DNA of 64,000 nucleotides from a virus. Under the pieces are notes generated by a model. That model was not told the DNA's origin. It made no database searches and was given only the letters and a program-made list of their open reading frames with translations. Shown here in pieces: positions 18,924 through 28,489 of the stretch (positions are counted from its first letter, which is position 1; the number at the start of each line of letters is the position of its first letter). Location: positions 32,001 through 96,000 of the IMG/VR virus record IMGVR_UViG_3300008117_000049. The stretch is one strand, 5' to 3'. The position numbers and the translations under genes are program-made.

Positions 18924-19265
18924 ATGCAAGAAGATAGTTTTATTGAAAAGTTTAGGGCTAGTTTGGGCGATAAAGCCGCTACTTTTGGAGCAAGCCTTGA
19001 GAAAGTATTTTCGGCGGAAGAAGAGAAATCTGAAATCATCAACGCCCCTAAAGTAATAGAAACTGAAAAAATTAAAATAGACAAAGAAGACTATGAGATT
19101 TTGGCTGTGAGTTGGAAAGAGTTGGGTGCTAGCCAAGAGCGTGAAGAAATTCGTAGCATTCTTATTCAAGCCCGACGAATAGGAAATCAGCATTCAGATA
19201 AGAAGTTTGTAGATGGAATAAACTTTGTTCTAAATGAACTAGACGAAAGAGACAAAAATAAATAG
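18924..19265 (+). CDS. Hypothetical protein
   Basis: ORF track; coupled to next gene. Confidence 0.55.
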   Translation: MQEDSFIEKFRASLGDKAATFGASLEKVFSAEEEKSEIINAPKVIETEKIKIDKEDYEILAVSWKELGASQEREEIRSILIQARRIGNQHSDKKFVDGINFVLNELDERDKNK

Positions 19266-20548
19266 TGAGTAAGTACTATGAAAACGCAGACGCTGTTGTC
19301 TATCACGGGAACTGCCTAGATGAACTAAAGAATTTAGAAGATAACTCCATTGACGCTGTTGTCACCGACCCACCTTATGAACTCGGTTTTATGGGCAAAA
19401 AGTGGGACAACACTGGGATTGCTTACAATGTTGATGTTTGGCGTGAGTGTCTTAGGGTATTGAAACCTGGTGGGCATTTACTAGCCTTTGGTGGCACTAG
19501 GACTTGGCATAGGTTGGCTGTTGCTATTGAGGATGCTGGTTTTGAAGTCAGGGACAGTATTGCTTGGATTTATGGTTCTGGTTTTCCAAAGTCGCACAAC
19601 ATTAGTAAGGCGATAGATAAGTTGCAGGGCGGACAAGTAAAAGTAGGCAAGGCTTTCAAGGTCGCTGGTGAATATGGCGATAGGAATTTGCCTAATCCAA
19701 AAGGTGATAAAGATGATATGCGACATGTGGCAGATACTGATGATGCTAAGAAGTGGGATGGTTGGGGGACAGCGTTAAAACCTGCACATGAACCTATTGT
19801 TGTTGCCCGCAAACCCTTGATTGGGACTGTGGCTGAGAATGTTTTGACTTACGAAACAGGTGGGTTGAACATAGATGCAAGTCGTATAGGAACAGAAACT
19901 ATTAGTGTTCATAATGCGCCTAAAGGCAGTTTTGCTGGTGGTGAACCTGATAGGGGAAGTGATACTGAGAGTTATAGAGAACATGTTGGGCGGTGGCCTG
20001 CAAACATAATCCTAGACGAAACAACAGCCGAACTATTAGATAAACAAAGCGGAGATAGAAAAGGGATGGCTACTCAAAAAAGTTCTGCATTGAAAATTTA
20101 TGGTGGAAATTCGCTGAATGAATCTAAAACAACTTTTCCTGAAATAAGACAAGGTTTCAATGATTCTGGTGGGGCGAGCAGGTTCTTTTATGTTGCTAAA
20201 GCAAATAAGAAAGACCGAAATGAAGGTCTAGATGCACTGCCTGACCATGACTGGAGTGGAGATGGCGCTGCTATTCCTGAAAGAGCAAACAGACCTTTTA
20301 TTCCAAGCAAGAACCACCACCCGACAGTAAAACCTACTTCGCTTATGACATACCTAATCAAGTTAGTGACTCCACCTAACGGAATTGTGCTTGACCCCTT
20401 TACTGGTTCTGGTTCAACAGGTAAGGCTGCGATTAGAAACGGGTTTAGATTTGTTGGAATTGAATTGACGGAAGAATATCTGCCAATCATTACAACCAGA
20501 CTTGACCATGAAATAAAGCAAAAGACCGAGGATTTGTTTAGTGAGTAA
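19265..20548 (+). CDS. N4/N6 DNA methyltransferase (beta class)
   Basis: TDPPY, HPTVKP, LDPFTGSGSTG. Confidence 0.92.
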   Translation: MSKYYENADAVVYHGNCLDELKNLEDNSIDAVVTDPPYELGFMGKKWDNTGIAYNVDVWRECLRVLKPGGHLLAFGGTRTWHRLAVAIEDAGFEVRDSIAWIYGSGFPKSHNISKAIDKLQGGQVKVGKAFKVAGEYGDRNLPNPKGDKDDMRHVADTDDAKKWDGWGTALKPAHEPIVVARKPLIGTVAENVLTYETGGLNIDASRIGTETISVHNAPKGSFAGGEPDRGSDTESYREHVGRWPANIILDETTAELLDKQSGDRKGMATQKSSALKIYGGNSLNESKTTFPEIRQGFNDSGGASRFFYVAKANKKDRNEGLDALPDHDWSGDGAAIPERANRPFIPSKNHHPTVKPTSLMTYLIKLVTPPNGIVLDPFTGSGSTGKAAIRNGFRFVGIELTEEYLPIITTRLDHEIKQKTEDLFSE

Positions 20549-22496
20549 ATATTTTGAAGAACCTGAAGCAACTATCTATCACGGAAATTGTCTTGAAGAA
20601 CTAAAAAATTTAGCGGACAACTCGGTTGATGCGATTGTGACTGACCCACCCTATGGGTTGGGAGACTCTGACCCGGACTATATCTTAAACGCCCTTAAGA
20701 TGTGGATTGGCGGAGACAGAGAACACATTCCTGCTGGTAAAGGTTTTATGGGAAAGCAGTGGGATGCTTTTGTTCCACCACCCGCTGTGTGGGATGAGTG
20801 TTTCCGTGTGCTAAAGCCAGGCGGACATATCTTGGTGTTTGCTGGAACAAGAACGCAAGACCTTATGGGATTGTCTGTTCGTATGGCTGGCTTTGAAATT
20901 AGAGATAGCATTGCCTGGATTTATGGTCAGGGCTTTCCTAAGTCGCTAGACATCTCTAAGCAGTTAGACAAGATGGCTGGGGCTGAGCGTGAAGTTATTG
21001 GCTCTGCTGGAAATGCTCCAGATTTACGAGATGTAGGTGCTAAGTCTAAAGAAGCCATTGGCATTGATAAATTGAGTTTTGGTCAAGTTCAAGATGCTGA
21101 ACGCACTGAAATCTTAATTACTGCTCCATCGACAGACGATGCTAAGAAATGGTCTGGCTGGGGAACTGCTTTGAAGCCAGCACTTGAGCCAATCATCGTT
21201 GGTCGTAAGCCGTTGTCTGAAAAGAATGTAGCAAGCAATGTTTTGAAGTGGGGAACTGGTGGTATTAACATTGACGGTTCTCGTATTGGAACCGAGCAAA
21301 GAACTGACACCATTACTGAAAATGGTTTTGGTAACAACTTTATGGATGATGGCTGGGTTCCATCTGGCAAGACTTATGAAAAAACTGTCACTGGTCGTTT
21401 TCCAAGCAATGTAATTCTTCAACACTCAGATGGCTGTACGCCAACTGGACAAGTCATAACTGGGAAAACTTCTGCTGGTAATCGCACTGCTACTTTTGGA
21501 ACGCAAGAGACAGTTTCAGGTGGAGATGGTTCGGGGGGATTTGATGGATACGAGTACAAAATTGAAGTTTACCAATGTGTAGATGGTTGCCCAATCAAAG
21601 AACTCAATGAGCAGAGTGGCGTAACTAAGTCTGGTCAGCCTAGAGAAGACAGGGGAACTGGTGGCATTTGGAGCGAGGGAAATGGAGTTCCTGTTGGTCA
21701 GCAGTATGGAGATGCTGGTGGAGCAAGTCGTTTCTTCCATCAAACAACTCCAGATGAAGAACCTATTGGTCGTTTTCCATCTAATGTTATCTTTGGACAT
21801 ACTGAAGAGTGCGTTGAAGTCGGTGTAGTAGAAGAAAAATACTCAATCAACAAAACAGAAGACTGGACTGGCTTTGGTCAAACAGAGCGACCAGACTATG
21901 TTGGTGAAGATAAAGTTGTAAGCACTTCAGTTTGGGAATGTGCTGATGGTTGTCCTATCAAAGAACTTGATGAACAAACCCAAGGAAAAATTACTCAAGG
22001 TCATTGGGCTCAGACTAAAGTCAGTGGGTATGGTGAGTTTGGTAGTGGCTCTGCTGAATACCTTGGAGTTGGTCGTAAAGCAGAAGAAAAGAGTGGTGGA
22101 GCATCACGCTTTTTCTATCAAGCAAAAGCCAATAAAAAAGACCGAAACGAGGGCCTTGGTGAAGACTTGCCTGAAAAGGGTAAGGTTTATAATGGAAAGT
22201 CTGCTGATAGTGCTGGCAACGCACCGGGTTCAGTAGAAGACAAATTCACTACTCAGCCAGCAAAGAACTTCCACCCAACCGTGAAACCAACGGCTCTTAT
22301 GGAATATCTTGTCAAGTTAGTAACTCCAAAAGGCGGAATTGTGTTAGACCCGTTTTCTGGAAGTGGTTCTACTGGCAAGGCCGCTGTGCGAAATGGCTTC
22401 AAGTTTATTGGAGTGGAAATTACTGAAGAGTATTTGCCTATCTTAAAAGCCAGAGTTGAGTTTGAAATCAACGATAAAAGAAGTAGCCTATTTTAG
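20541..22496 (+). CDS. N4/N6 DNA methyltransferase (beta class), paralogue with internal duplication
   Basis: TDPPY, HPTVKP, LDPFSGSGSTG; duplicated GRFPSNV...CPIKEL...GGASRFF block. Confidence 0.92.
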   Translation: MSKYFEEPEATIYHGNCLEELKNLADNSVDAIVTDPPYGLGDSDPDYILNALKMWIGGDREHIPAGKGFMGKQWDAFVPPPAVWDECFRVLKPGGHILVFAGTRTQDLMGLSVRMAGFEIRDSIAWIYGQGFPKSLDISKQLDKMAGAEREVIGSAGNAPDLRDVGAKSKEAIGIDKLSFGQVQDAERTEILITAPSTDDAKKWSGWGTALKPALEPIIVGRKPLSEKNVASNVLKWGTGGINIDGSRIGTEQRTDTITENGFGNNFMDDGWVPSGKTYEKTVTGRFPSNVILQHSDGCTPTGQVITGKTSAGNRTATFGTQETVSGGDGSGGFDGYEYKIEVYQCVDGCPIKELNEQSGVTKSGQPREDRGTGGIWSEGNGVPVGQQYGDAGGASRFFHQTTPDEEPIGRFPSNVIFGHTEECVEVGVVEEKYSINKTEDWTGFGQTERPDYVGEDKVVSTSVWECADGCPIKELDEQTQGKITQGHWAQTKVSGYGEFGSGSAEYLGVGRKAEEKSGGASRFFYQAKANKKDRNEGLGEDLPEKGKVYNGKSADSAGNAPGSVEDKFTTQPAKNFHPTVKPTALMEYLVKLVTPKGGIVLDPFSGSGSTGKAAVRNGFKFIGVEITEEYLPILKARVEFEINDKRSSLF

Positions 22497-22538
22497 ACAA
22501 ACCTGATACTGTATTACTAATAAAACGAAAGGACATTT

Positions 22539-23810
22539 ATGACAACAATGATGCCACCCGAAAGAAAACTATTTACATCTGAATCTGTTACATCTGGACA
22601 TCCAGACAAGATTTGCGACGCTATCTCAGACGCAATTCTTGATGCTTATTTAGCAGAAGACCCTGAGAGCAGGGTTGCTGTTGAAACTGCTGTCACGACT
22701 GGAGTTGTGTTTGTGTTTGGCGAAGTTTCAAGCCACGCTAGTCCAGACATTCGCCAGATTGTTAGAGACACTATTCGCAAGATTGGCTACACATCTTCGG
22801 ACATTGGCTTTGACGCTGACACCTGTGCTGTCTTTCTAAGCGTTGGTCAGCAATCTTCAGACATCGCTGATGGAGTGAAAATGTCTGTTGAAGCACGCTC
22901 AGGTTCGCACTTGGCAGACGACCAGCAAGGTGCTGGAGACCAAGGAATTATGTTTGGTTATGCTACAGATGAGACAGATGAGATGCTGCCTATGCCAATT
23001 TACTTGGCACACAAGATTGCTCGCATTTTAGAAAAGGCTAGAACTAGCGGGTTTCTACCTTATCTAAGACCTGACGGTAAAACTCAAGTAACTGTGGGTT
23101 ATGACGGCGACATCCCTAAGTCAATTGAAACCATAGTTGTCTCTACACAACACGAGCCAAACATTAGCCAAGATGATATTGAGGAAGACATCATTATGCT
23201 TGTGCTTCCTATTCTCAAGAAAACTGAGTTGGCAATAAACAATCTAAAAATTCTGGTAAATCCAAGTGGTCAATTTATTATTGGTGGTCCAAATGGAGAT
23301 GCTGGGCTTACTGGTCGCAAAATTATTGTTGATACCTATGGTGGTATGGCTAGACACGGTGGTGGAGCCTTTTCTGGTAAAGACCCATCAAAAGTAGATA
23401 GGTCTGCTGCCTATGCTTTGCGTTGGATTGCTAAGAACATAGTTGCTGCGAAACTTGCTCGCAGAGTTGAAATTCAGGTCGCTTATGCGATTGGTAAGGC
23501 TAATCCAGTCGGTCTATACATCAACACTTTTGGAACTGGTGTAGTGAGTGATGACAGATTACTTAGTGCCATTGATAAAGTATTTGACCTTAGACCGTCT
23601 GCTATCATAGACGCTCTCCACCTAAAAGAACCTATTTACAGTAGAACTTCTGCTTACGGACATTTTGGCGACCCAGAACTTCCTTGGGAGAAACTAAATA
23701 GAGTGGTAGAACTAACTGACGCAGTAAAAGAACCTACTCAATCTAATTCTTTCAACTGGGAAGAATTTAGAGAGTGGCTTTATGGTTATGGAAAGGATAA
23801 CAATGACTAA
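22539..23810 (+). CDS. metK: S-adenosylmethionine synthetase
   Basis: [41 protein letters not shown]. Confidence 0.96.
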   Translation: MTTMMPPERKLFTSESVTSGHPDKICDAISDAILDAYLAEDPESRVAVETAVTTGVVFVFGEVSSHASPDIRQIVRDTIRKIGYTSSDIGFDADTCAVFLSVGQQSSDIADGVKMSVEARSGSHLADDQQGAGDQGIMFGYATDETDEMLPMPIYLAHKIARILEKARTSGFLPYLRPDGKTQVTVGYDGDIPKSIETIVVSTQHEPNISQDDIEEDIIMLVLPILKKTELAINNLKILVNPSGQFIIGGPNGDAGLTGRKIIVDTYGGMARHGGGAFSGKDPSKVDRSAAYALRWIAKNIVAAKLARRVEIQVAYAIGKANPVGLYINTFGTGVVSDDRLLSAIDKVFDLRPSAIIDALHLKEPIYSRTSAYGHFGDPELPWEKLNRVVELTDAVKEPTQSNSFNWEEFREWLYGYGKDNND

Positions 23811-24075
23811 TACAACCGAAACAACATTCAAAAAGAAGTGCCAGATACTTTCTGATTTGTGGGTGCTTCACAGGGAAAACGAAAAATACAAAGAATTGTT
23901 TTACTTTAGCGACTTAGGTTATCCGCTTGCTTACTGTATAGCGGAAAAACTAATTGTAGGAGTTGGCCCTGAAGCAAAGAAAATTATTGAAGAAACTTTT
24001 GATTGGTTGCTAGATGCTCTCAAAAAAGAAGATATCGGATACGACAACCTAAAGAGTTTGATAGATGAGGTGTAG
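23803..24075 (+). CDS. Hypothetical protein
   Basis: ORF track; GAAAGGA RBS before ATG 23803. Confidence 0.6.
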   Translation: MTNTTETTFKKKCQILSDLWVLHRENEKYKELFYFSDLGYPLAYCIAEKLIVGVGPEAKKIIEETFDWLLDALKKEDIGYDNLKSLIDEV

Positions 24076-24330
24076 AAAGTTTATGTATGAAACTATCTGC
24101 GAACACGACCTACTTCATGTGTTTGAACGCCACGAGTGTGACGGCTGTTGTGCCCAAGTAATTCTTACAGAAAAAGAGAAAGAAAAAGAAAATGCACAGT
24201 GATTTTGAGATTGTTAGTGCCATATTCCTAACAACGCTGATTGTTGGGTTGATATCTGGTCTTATTGGAACTATTGCTTCTAGAGAAAGACTTGCTAAAG
24301 AACTAGAAAAAGAAAGAAAGAAAAACTCAA

Positions 24331-24543
24331 ATGAGTGAGTACATAGTTGTTAGAAAGATAGATTGCTTTATAGTATCTACTATTATATTGATTTTCATAG
24401 GCTTTCTTGTCTATGGCTTTTCAATGCTAAAGCAAAATCAAACTCCAACTCCAAGTCCGTCAACTTCTGGTGAAATGTCAGAAGAGTGTAAAAAGATTTG
24501 GTTAGAGCAGGGTGAGGCGGTTGCTGAACAAAATGGATGCTAA
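24331..24543 (+). CDS. Small membrane protein
   Basis: Single TM helix, PTPSPST linker. Confidence 0.5.
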   Translation: MSEYIVVRKIDCFIVSTIILIFIGFLVYGFSMLKQNQTPTPSPSTSGEMSEECKKIWLEQGEAVAEQNGC

Positions 24544-24672
24544 AGAACTGGGCGTTGCCATCGACGCTCTTGATGAAAGAGTTGAGTTGCTGGGTGTGGA
24601 GATTGAAGTTATTGGAGAGCACATCAAGGCTCTTGGTATGAAAATACAACGAGTACAAGAAGAAATGACAGA

Positions 24673-25560
24673 GTGAAAATTTATATCGCTGGTCCAATGA
24701 GCAAAGTGAAAGACTTCAACTTTCCTTTGTTTTTTGAGACGGAAAACAAACTAAAAGAACTTGGTTATGAAGTTATCAATCCCGCACATAACGATGGCAA
24801 AACTTTAGAAGAGGCTTTGAAAAATGCTGGTAGTCCTGAAAAACCTAGTAAATCTTGGAGTTCTTATATGCGTAGGGATTTGCCTAGCGTTTTGGCTGTT
24901 GATGCTATTTGCGTTTTACCCGATTGGCAAAAGTCTAAAGGTGCTTCGCTTGAAGTTCATGTCGCAGAAGCGTTAGGGCTACCTGTATATGTTCTCAAAG
25001 ACGGAAGACTAATTCCTAGAGTAACTGTTATTGGTATTGCTGGCTGGGCTAGAAGTGGCAAAGACACTATTGCTGATTACTTAGTAAAGAATAAAGGCTA
25101 CACAAAAGTCTCTTTCTCAACGCCAATGAAAGAAGCGATGTATCGCTTGAACCCACGCATAACGGTAAATGAAGTTGTGAACACTCCTTTACGAGTTGGC
25201 GTAGATGTTTATGGTTGGGAAGGTCTGAAAGAACGCAGTCCAGATGTTCGTGGATTACTACAACGCTTTGGAACTGAAGTTGGTCGTGAAATGTTTGATG
25301 AAGATTTCTGGGTTGATTATGCTTTGAACTCTATTCCAGATGGTGGAAAAGTAGTGATAGCAGATGTTAGATATCCAAACGAAGCAGACGCAATAAAAGC
25401 GTTGGGTGGAAAAGTGTTTAGAGTGCTAAGAACTGGTGTTGGACCTGCTAATGAACACGCTTCTGAACACGCTTTAAATGACTACAAGTTTGACGGTGAG
25501 TTCTCTAATGACAGGACAATAGATAATCTTTATTATATCATTGACGAGAACATAAGTTAG
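24673..25560 (+). CDS. Nucleoside deoxyribosyltransferase-like (DUF4406) domain fused to dNMP kinase
   Basis: IYIAGPM...INPA...WQKSKGASLE; then GWARSGKDT, RGLLQRFGTE, DVRYPNE, HASE. Confidence 0.82.
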   Translation: MKIYIAGPMSKVKDFNFPLFFETENKLKELGYEVINPAHNDGKTLEEALKNAGSPEKPSKSWSSYMRRDLPSVLAVDAICVLPDWQKSKGASLEVHVAEALGLPVYVLKDGRLIPRVTVIGIAGWARSGKDTIADYLVKNKGYTKVSFSTPMKEAMYRLNPRITVNEVVNTPLRVGVDVYGWEGLKERSPDVRGLLQRFGTEVGREMFDEDFWVDYALNSIPDGGKVVIADVRYPNEADAIKALGGKVFRVLRTGVGPANEHASEHALNDYKFDGEFSNDRTIDNLYYIIDENIS

Positions 25561-25592
25561 TCGCTGTTTTTAGTCGGGGGTAAAATTACATT

Positions 25593-25937
25593 GTGAGTAA
25601 TATGCCAAGCAAAGTAATTGTAGGAACGCAGGTGTTCCAAGTAGTTTTACGCACTCGTCAAAATGACGGAATGCTCAACGACAATACTTTTGGCTACACG
25701 CTTGATACTGAAAATCTCATTGTCATAGACGCTAGCCTTGCTGTGAGCAGACAGAAAACAACTTTATTTCACGAAGTTCTACACGCTGTTCGTATGGTGT
25801 TTGATACATCTATAAAGCCTAAGAAAACAGACGACTTTGAAGTTTGGGAGCATTACTTTATTGGTCTTTATGAAGAGGGATTGCTTTTGGTTCTAAGAAA
25901 CAATCCAGACCTTATGAAATATTTATTAGAAGATTAG
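25593..25937 (+). CDS. HExxH metallopeptidase-like protein
   Basis: TLFHEVLHA; leaderless start. Confidence 0.6.
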   Translation: MSNMPSKVIVGTQVFQVVLRTRQNDGMLNDNTFGYTLDTENLIVIDASLAVSRQKTTLFHEVLHAVRMVFDTSIKPKKTDDFEVWEHYFIGLYEEGLLLVLRNNPDLMKYLLED

Positions 25938-26080
25938 TATATAAATCTATATAAAGACATGCCCACAGAGAACATTTATTTTTTCCTAATAGATAATTAG
26001 ATTTTGTGTTAGCATTATCAAGCAAAGGACTTATCACCCTTTGTGTCGAGTGGTTGTTCATAGTACTCGTCTCCTTTCGG

Positions 26081-26156
26081 TGAAGCCCCTCGGACTTTTA
26101 GTTCGGGGGGTTTCATTTTTAAAAGAAAAACCCCTGCCAAAGCAGGGGCTTTTTTA
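26081..26156. terminator. Back-to-back terminators for convergent units
   Basis: TGAAGCCCCTCGGACT/AGTTCGGGGGTTTCA-TTTT and AAAAACCCCTGC/GCAGGGGCTTTTT. Confidence 0.7.
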
Positions 26157-26169
26157 TTCCTTGTCGGGA

Positions 26170-26661
26170 CTAAGCCTTTTTAGTAGGAACAACTTTCTTG
26201 ACGGCTGCTGCTGCCTTAGCAACAACACCCTTCTTAGGTGCTCCATCAAATACTGCAAACAAATCACGCAAGTCTTCAATACCAGCGGTAATAAGGTTCT
26301 TCTTTACACCGTAAGTGACATGCAAATGATTTCCAGTTGAGGCGGTGCCAGTCGTTCCAACAAGACCGACGATGGTCTTTCCAGCCTCTACCTTGTCACC
26401 CTGCTTTAGAGTTGATGGTACTTGGAAGTGTGCGTAAAGAATGAAATGACCGTCGTAAGTAGACTGGATTAAGTAGTTACCTAGAACCTTAGTCTCTCCA
26501 ACTTCCATAACGGTTCCACCAGTAATAGCCTTAATCTTGCTACCACCAGGGACTGACCAGTCAACGCCACGGTGTGGGTTGGTTCTGTAAGAGGCGAAGT
26601 TCTTAAACTCGTCGCCACGCTTTGCCTTTGGAAAAGGCTCTACATAAATTGCTTCAGGCAT
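26170..26661 (-). CDS. M23 peptidase endolysin
   Basis: HRGVD, YAH, STGNHLH. Confidence 0.88.
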   Translation of the reverse strand: MPEAIYVEPFPKAKRGDEFKNFASYRTNPHRGVDWSVPGGSKIKAITGGTVMEVGETKVLGNYLIQSTYDGHFILYAHFQVPSTLKQGDKVEAGKTIVGLVGTTGTASTGNHLHVTYGVKKNLITAGIEDLRDLFAVFDGAPKKGVVAKAAAAVKKVVPTKKA

Positions 26662-26683
26662 TTATTTTTCCTTAATTAGTTAG

Positions 26684-27754
26684 TTATTTTTCTTCTGTGA
26701 TAGGCCCGCCAACAACCCAAGCAGAACAAGTTCTTGAAGCGGCGCACTTGAAATCAAATGCTTCGCAATAACCTAGTTCTGCTGTGTCAATAGCATCCCA
26801 CGCGTTTTGCTGACCAGAATCGCCAGCAGAAATTCCACCCTCGATACAGTCCAACATCTTTGGTGTGCGAATAAACATTACGCAGTTTCCGCACACACTC
26901 TTTTTTGCTTCAGCAACTGGAACATTCCAACGCTGTGCTTTTTCTATCCAGAACCCACTATTTGGTTCTTTAGGATTTAGTGGTCCATACCCAGCAGTCT
27001 TGATTGCTTTTTCTCTATTCTCTAGATTGATAGCAATATCTTGTGTTGCTGGTGGGCAGGAATCGTCGTCTAGGGCTGCTACCATCGACGCTAGTAATGG
27101 ACTAAGAGTTGATGCCTCTGAGTGCCTTGGGTGAAGTTTAGGAAGTAAGTCATTGTCTTGGACATACTTAGGATTGTTTGGCTTACCTGAACGAACAAGT
27201 TTTAGGAACGCATTTACACGAGCCATAGCCCACGAGTTGCGATTTTGGTCTGGGCGGTGTGAAGTTGAAAACGCACCTGCTCCACGACGATAGACGGCTT
27301 TTAGTTTTGCTAGCGTAACCTTGCGACCATTCTTTGCTTTGGCATTGTGGTCAGCAACTTTCTTTTCAAGAGCCTTAGTAATCTCGGCAGTAAAAGTAAC
27401 GCCTTTACCTGTGGAAGCAGAACCTTTTTTATTTTTGTCTGAGCCTTTTATTCTGTCTTTAGGTGGGGCTGGCTTAGAACCTGCTGTTGCTGTTATAACT
27501 ACTCCATCAGGGATTACTGCAAATCGGCACTTTCCGTCTGGTTCAACTTCAGCGTCAATAATGGCACACTCAGAGCCACCTCTGTAAAGAACGCAATTGG
27601 AACACTTTACTCCAATGGCAGCGACTTCGTTTGCTTCGGCAGATTCATAGCCAGCCCAAATGCCAGTCTCATCCTCGTTGAACTTGCCATACTTTTCAGC
27701 GAGTAGCAATAACGCATTGGCAAGGTCGCGTTCTTCTGGATTTAGATTGGGCAT
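26684..27754 (-). CDS. Multi-domain Cys-rich phage protein (HiPIP-like module)
   Basis: CSNC..C..C module; LKAVYRRGAGAF...WAMARVNAF module; CGNC..C..C..C module; ATG 27754 is 6 nt below TACAAT. Confidence 0.65.
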   Translation of the reverse strand: MPNLNPEERDLANALLLLAEKYGKFNEDETGIWAGYESAEANEVAAIGVKCSNCVLYRGGSECAIIDAEVEPDGKCRFAVIPDGVVITATAGSKPAPPKDRIKGSDKNKKGSASTGKGVTFTAEITKALEKKVADHNAKAKNGRKVTLAKLKAVYRRGAGAFSTSHRPDQNRNSWAMARVNAFLKLVRSGKPNNPKYVQDNDLLPKLHPRHSEASTLSPLLASMVAALDDDSCPPATQDIAINLENREKAIKTAGYGPLNPKEPNSGFWIEKAQRWNVPVAEAKKSVCGNCVMFIRTPKMLDCIEGGISAGDSGQQNAWDAIDTAELGYCEAFDFKCAASRTCSAWVVGGPITEEK

Positions 27755-27783
27755 ACTTTTATTGTAAGACTTTTTGAAAACGG

Positions 27784-27978
27784 CTATTCGTCGTCTTTCT
27801 CCCGACGGATAGGAAAGGTTAGTACCCAAATAAGCAGGGTTACACCAATTAACTTGCCTACAATGTCTCTCGCTGAGCCTTCTAGAAGCACCCAACCGAG
27901 AGCAAGACCTAGTAGAGTCCACGCTTGGTCAAGTAGGTCTTTGAATAGTTCGCCGAGGAATTTAGTTAGTTTTTTCAT
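27784..27978 (-). CDS. Small two-TM membrane protein
   Basis: Hydrophobic helices; coupled operon. Confidence 0.6.
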   Translation of the reverse strand: MKKLTKFLGELFKDLLDQAWTLLGLALGWVLLEGSARDIVGKLIGVTLLIWVLTFPIRREKDDE

Positions 27979-28193
27979 TATTTATCTTCTTTCTTGCCAG
28001 CGAAGTACCCACCGATAATTCCGATAAGTCCAACGAGTGCGTTTTGTACCAGAGCAATTGCGTCTGGGTTGGTTCCTACTGCTTCGCCAGTTACCTGCTG
28101 GGCAGTCAGCATGGCTATATACTCACCAATTACAACTATGCCAATAAACACAAGTATGCCTAGGGTGATGATTAACATGAGTTTGTCTCTCAT
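27978..28193 (-). CDS. Small two-TM membrane protein
   Basis: Hydrophobic helices, IGGYFAG; coupled operon. Confidence 0.6.
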   Translation of the reverse strand: MRDKLMLIITLGILVFIGIVVIGEYIAMLTAQQVTGEAVGTNPDAIALVQNALVGLIGIIGGYFAGKKEDK

Positions 28194-28489
28194 TATTCTT
28201 TTTCTTTCTTCTTGGTTGGGATTACTTCGTCTGTGTCTTTTAGTTTGGTGGTCTGGCGGAAAGCAGCGTTGATTTCATCCTTAGTTAGTTTTCCGTCTTC
28301 TAGGAACGCTAGGGATAGAAGTTCTACAACCTTTGCAACCGCCATAATTCCACCCATGATTGCGCTAAACCAGATAGGAATTTCCACTCCGCTTACTGAG
28401 CCAGCAACTGAGCCAGCACCAATAACTCCTAGAGCAGAAGCAACGAATGTGGCTATTACTCTAAGAATTACATTTCCAAAGAGTTTCAT
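28193..28489 (-). CDS. Holin-like membrane protein
   Basis: Two TM helices plus DGKLTKDEINAAF; paralogue of 15408..15677. Confidence 0.6.
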   Translation of the reverse strand: MKLFGNVILRVIATFVASALGVIGAGSVAGSVSGVEIPIWFSAIMGGIMAVAKVVELLSLAFLEDGKLTKDEINAAFRQTTKLKDTDEVIPTKKKEKE

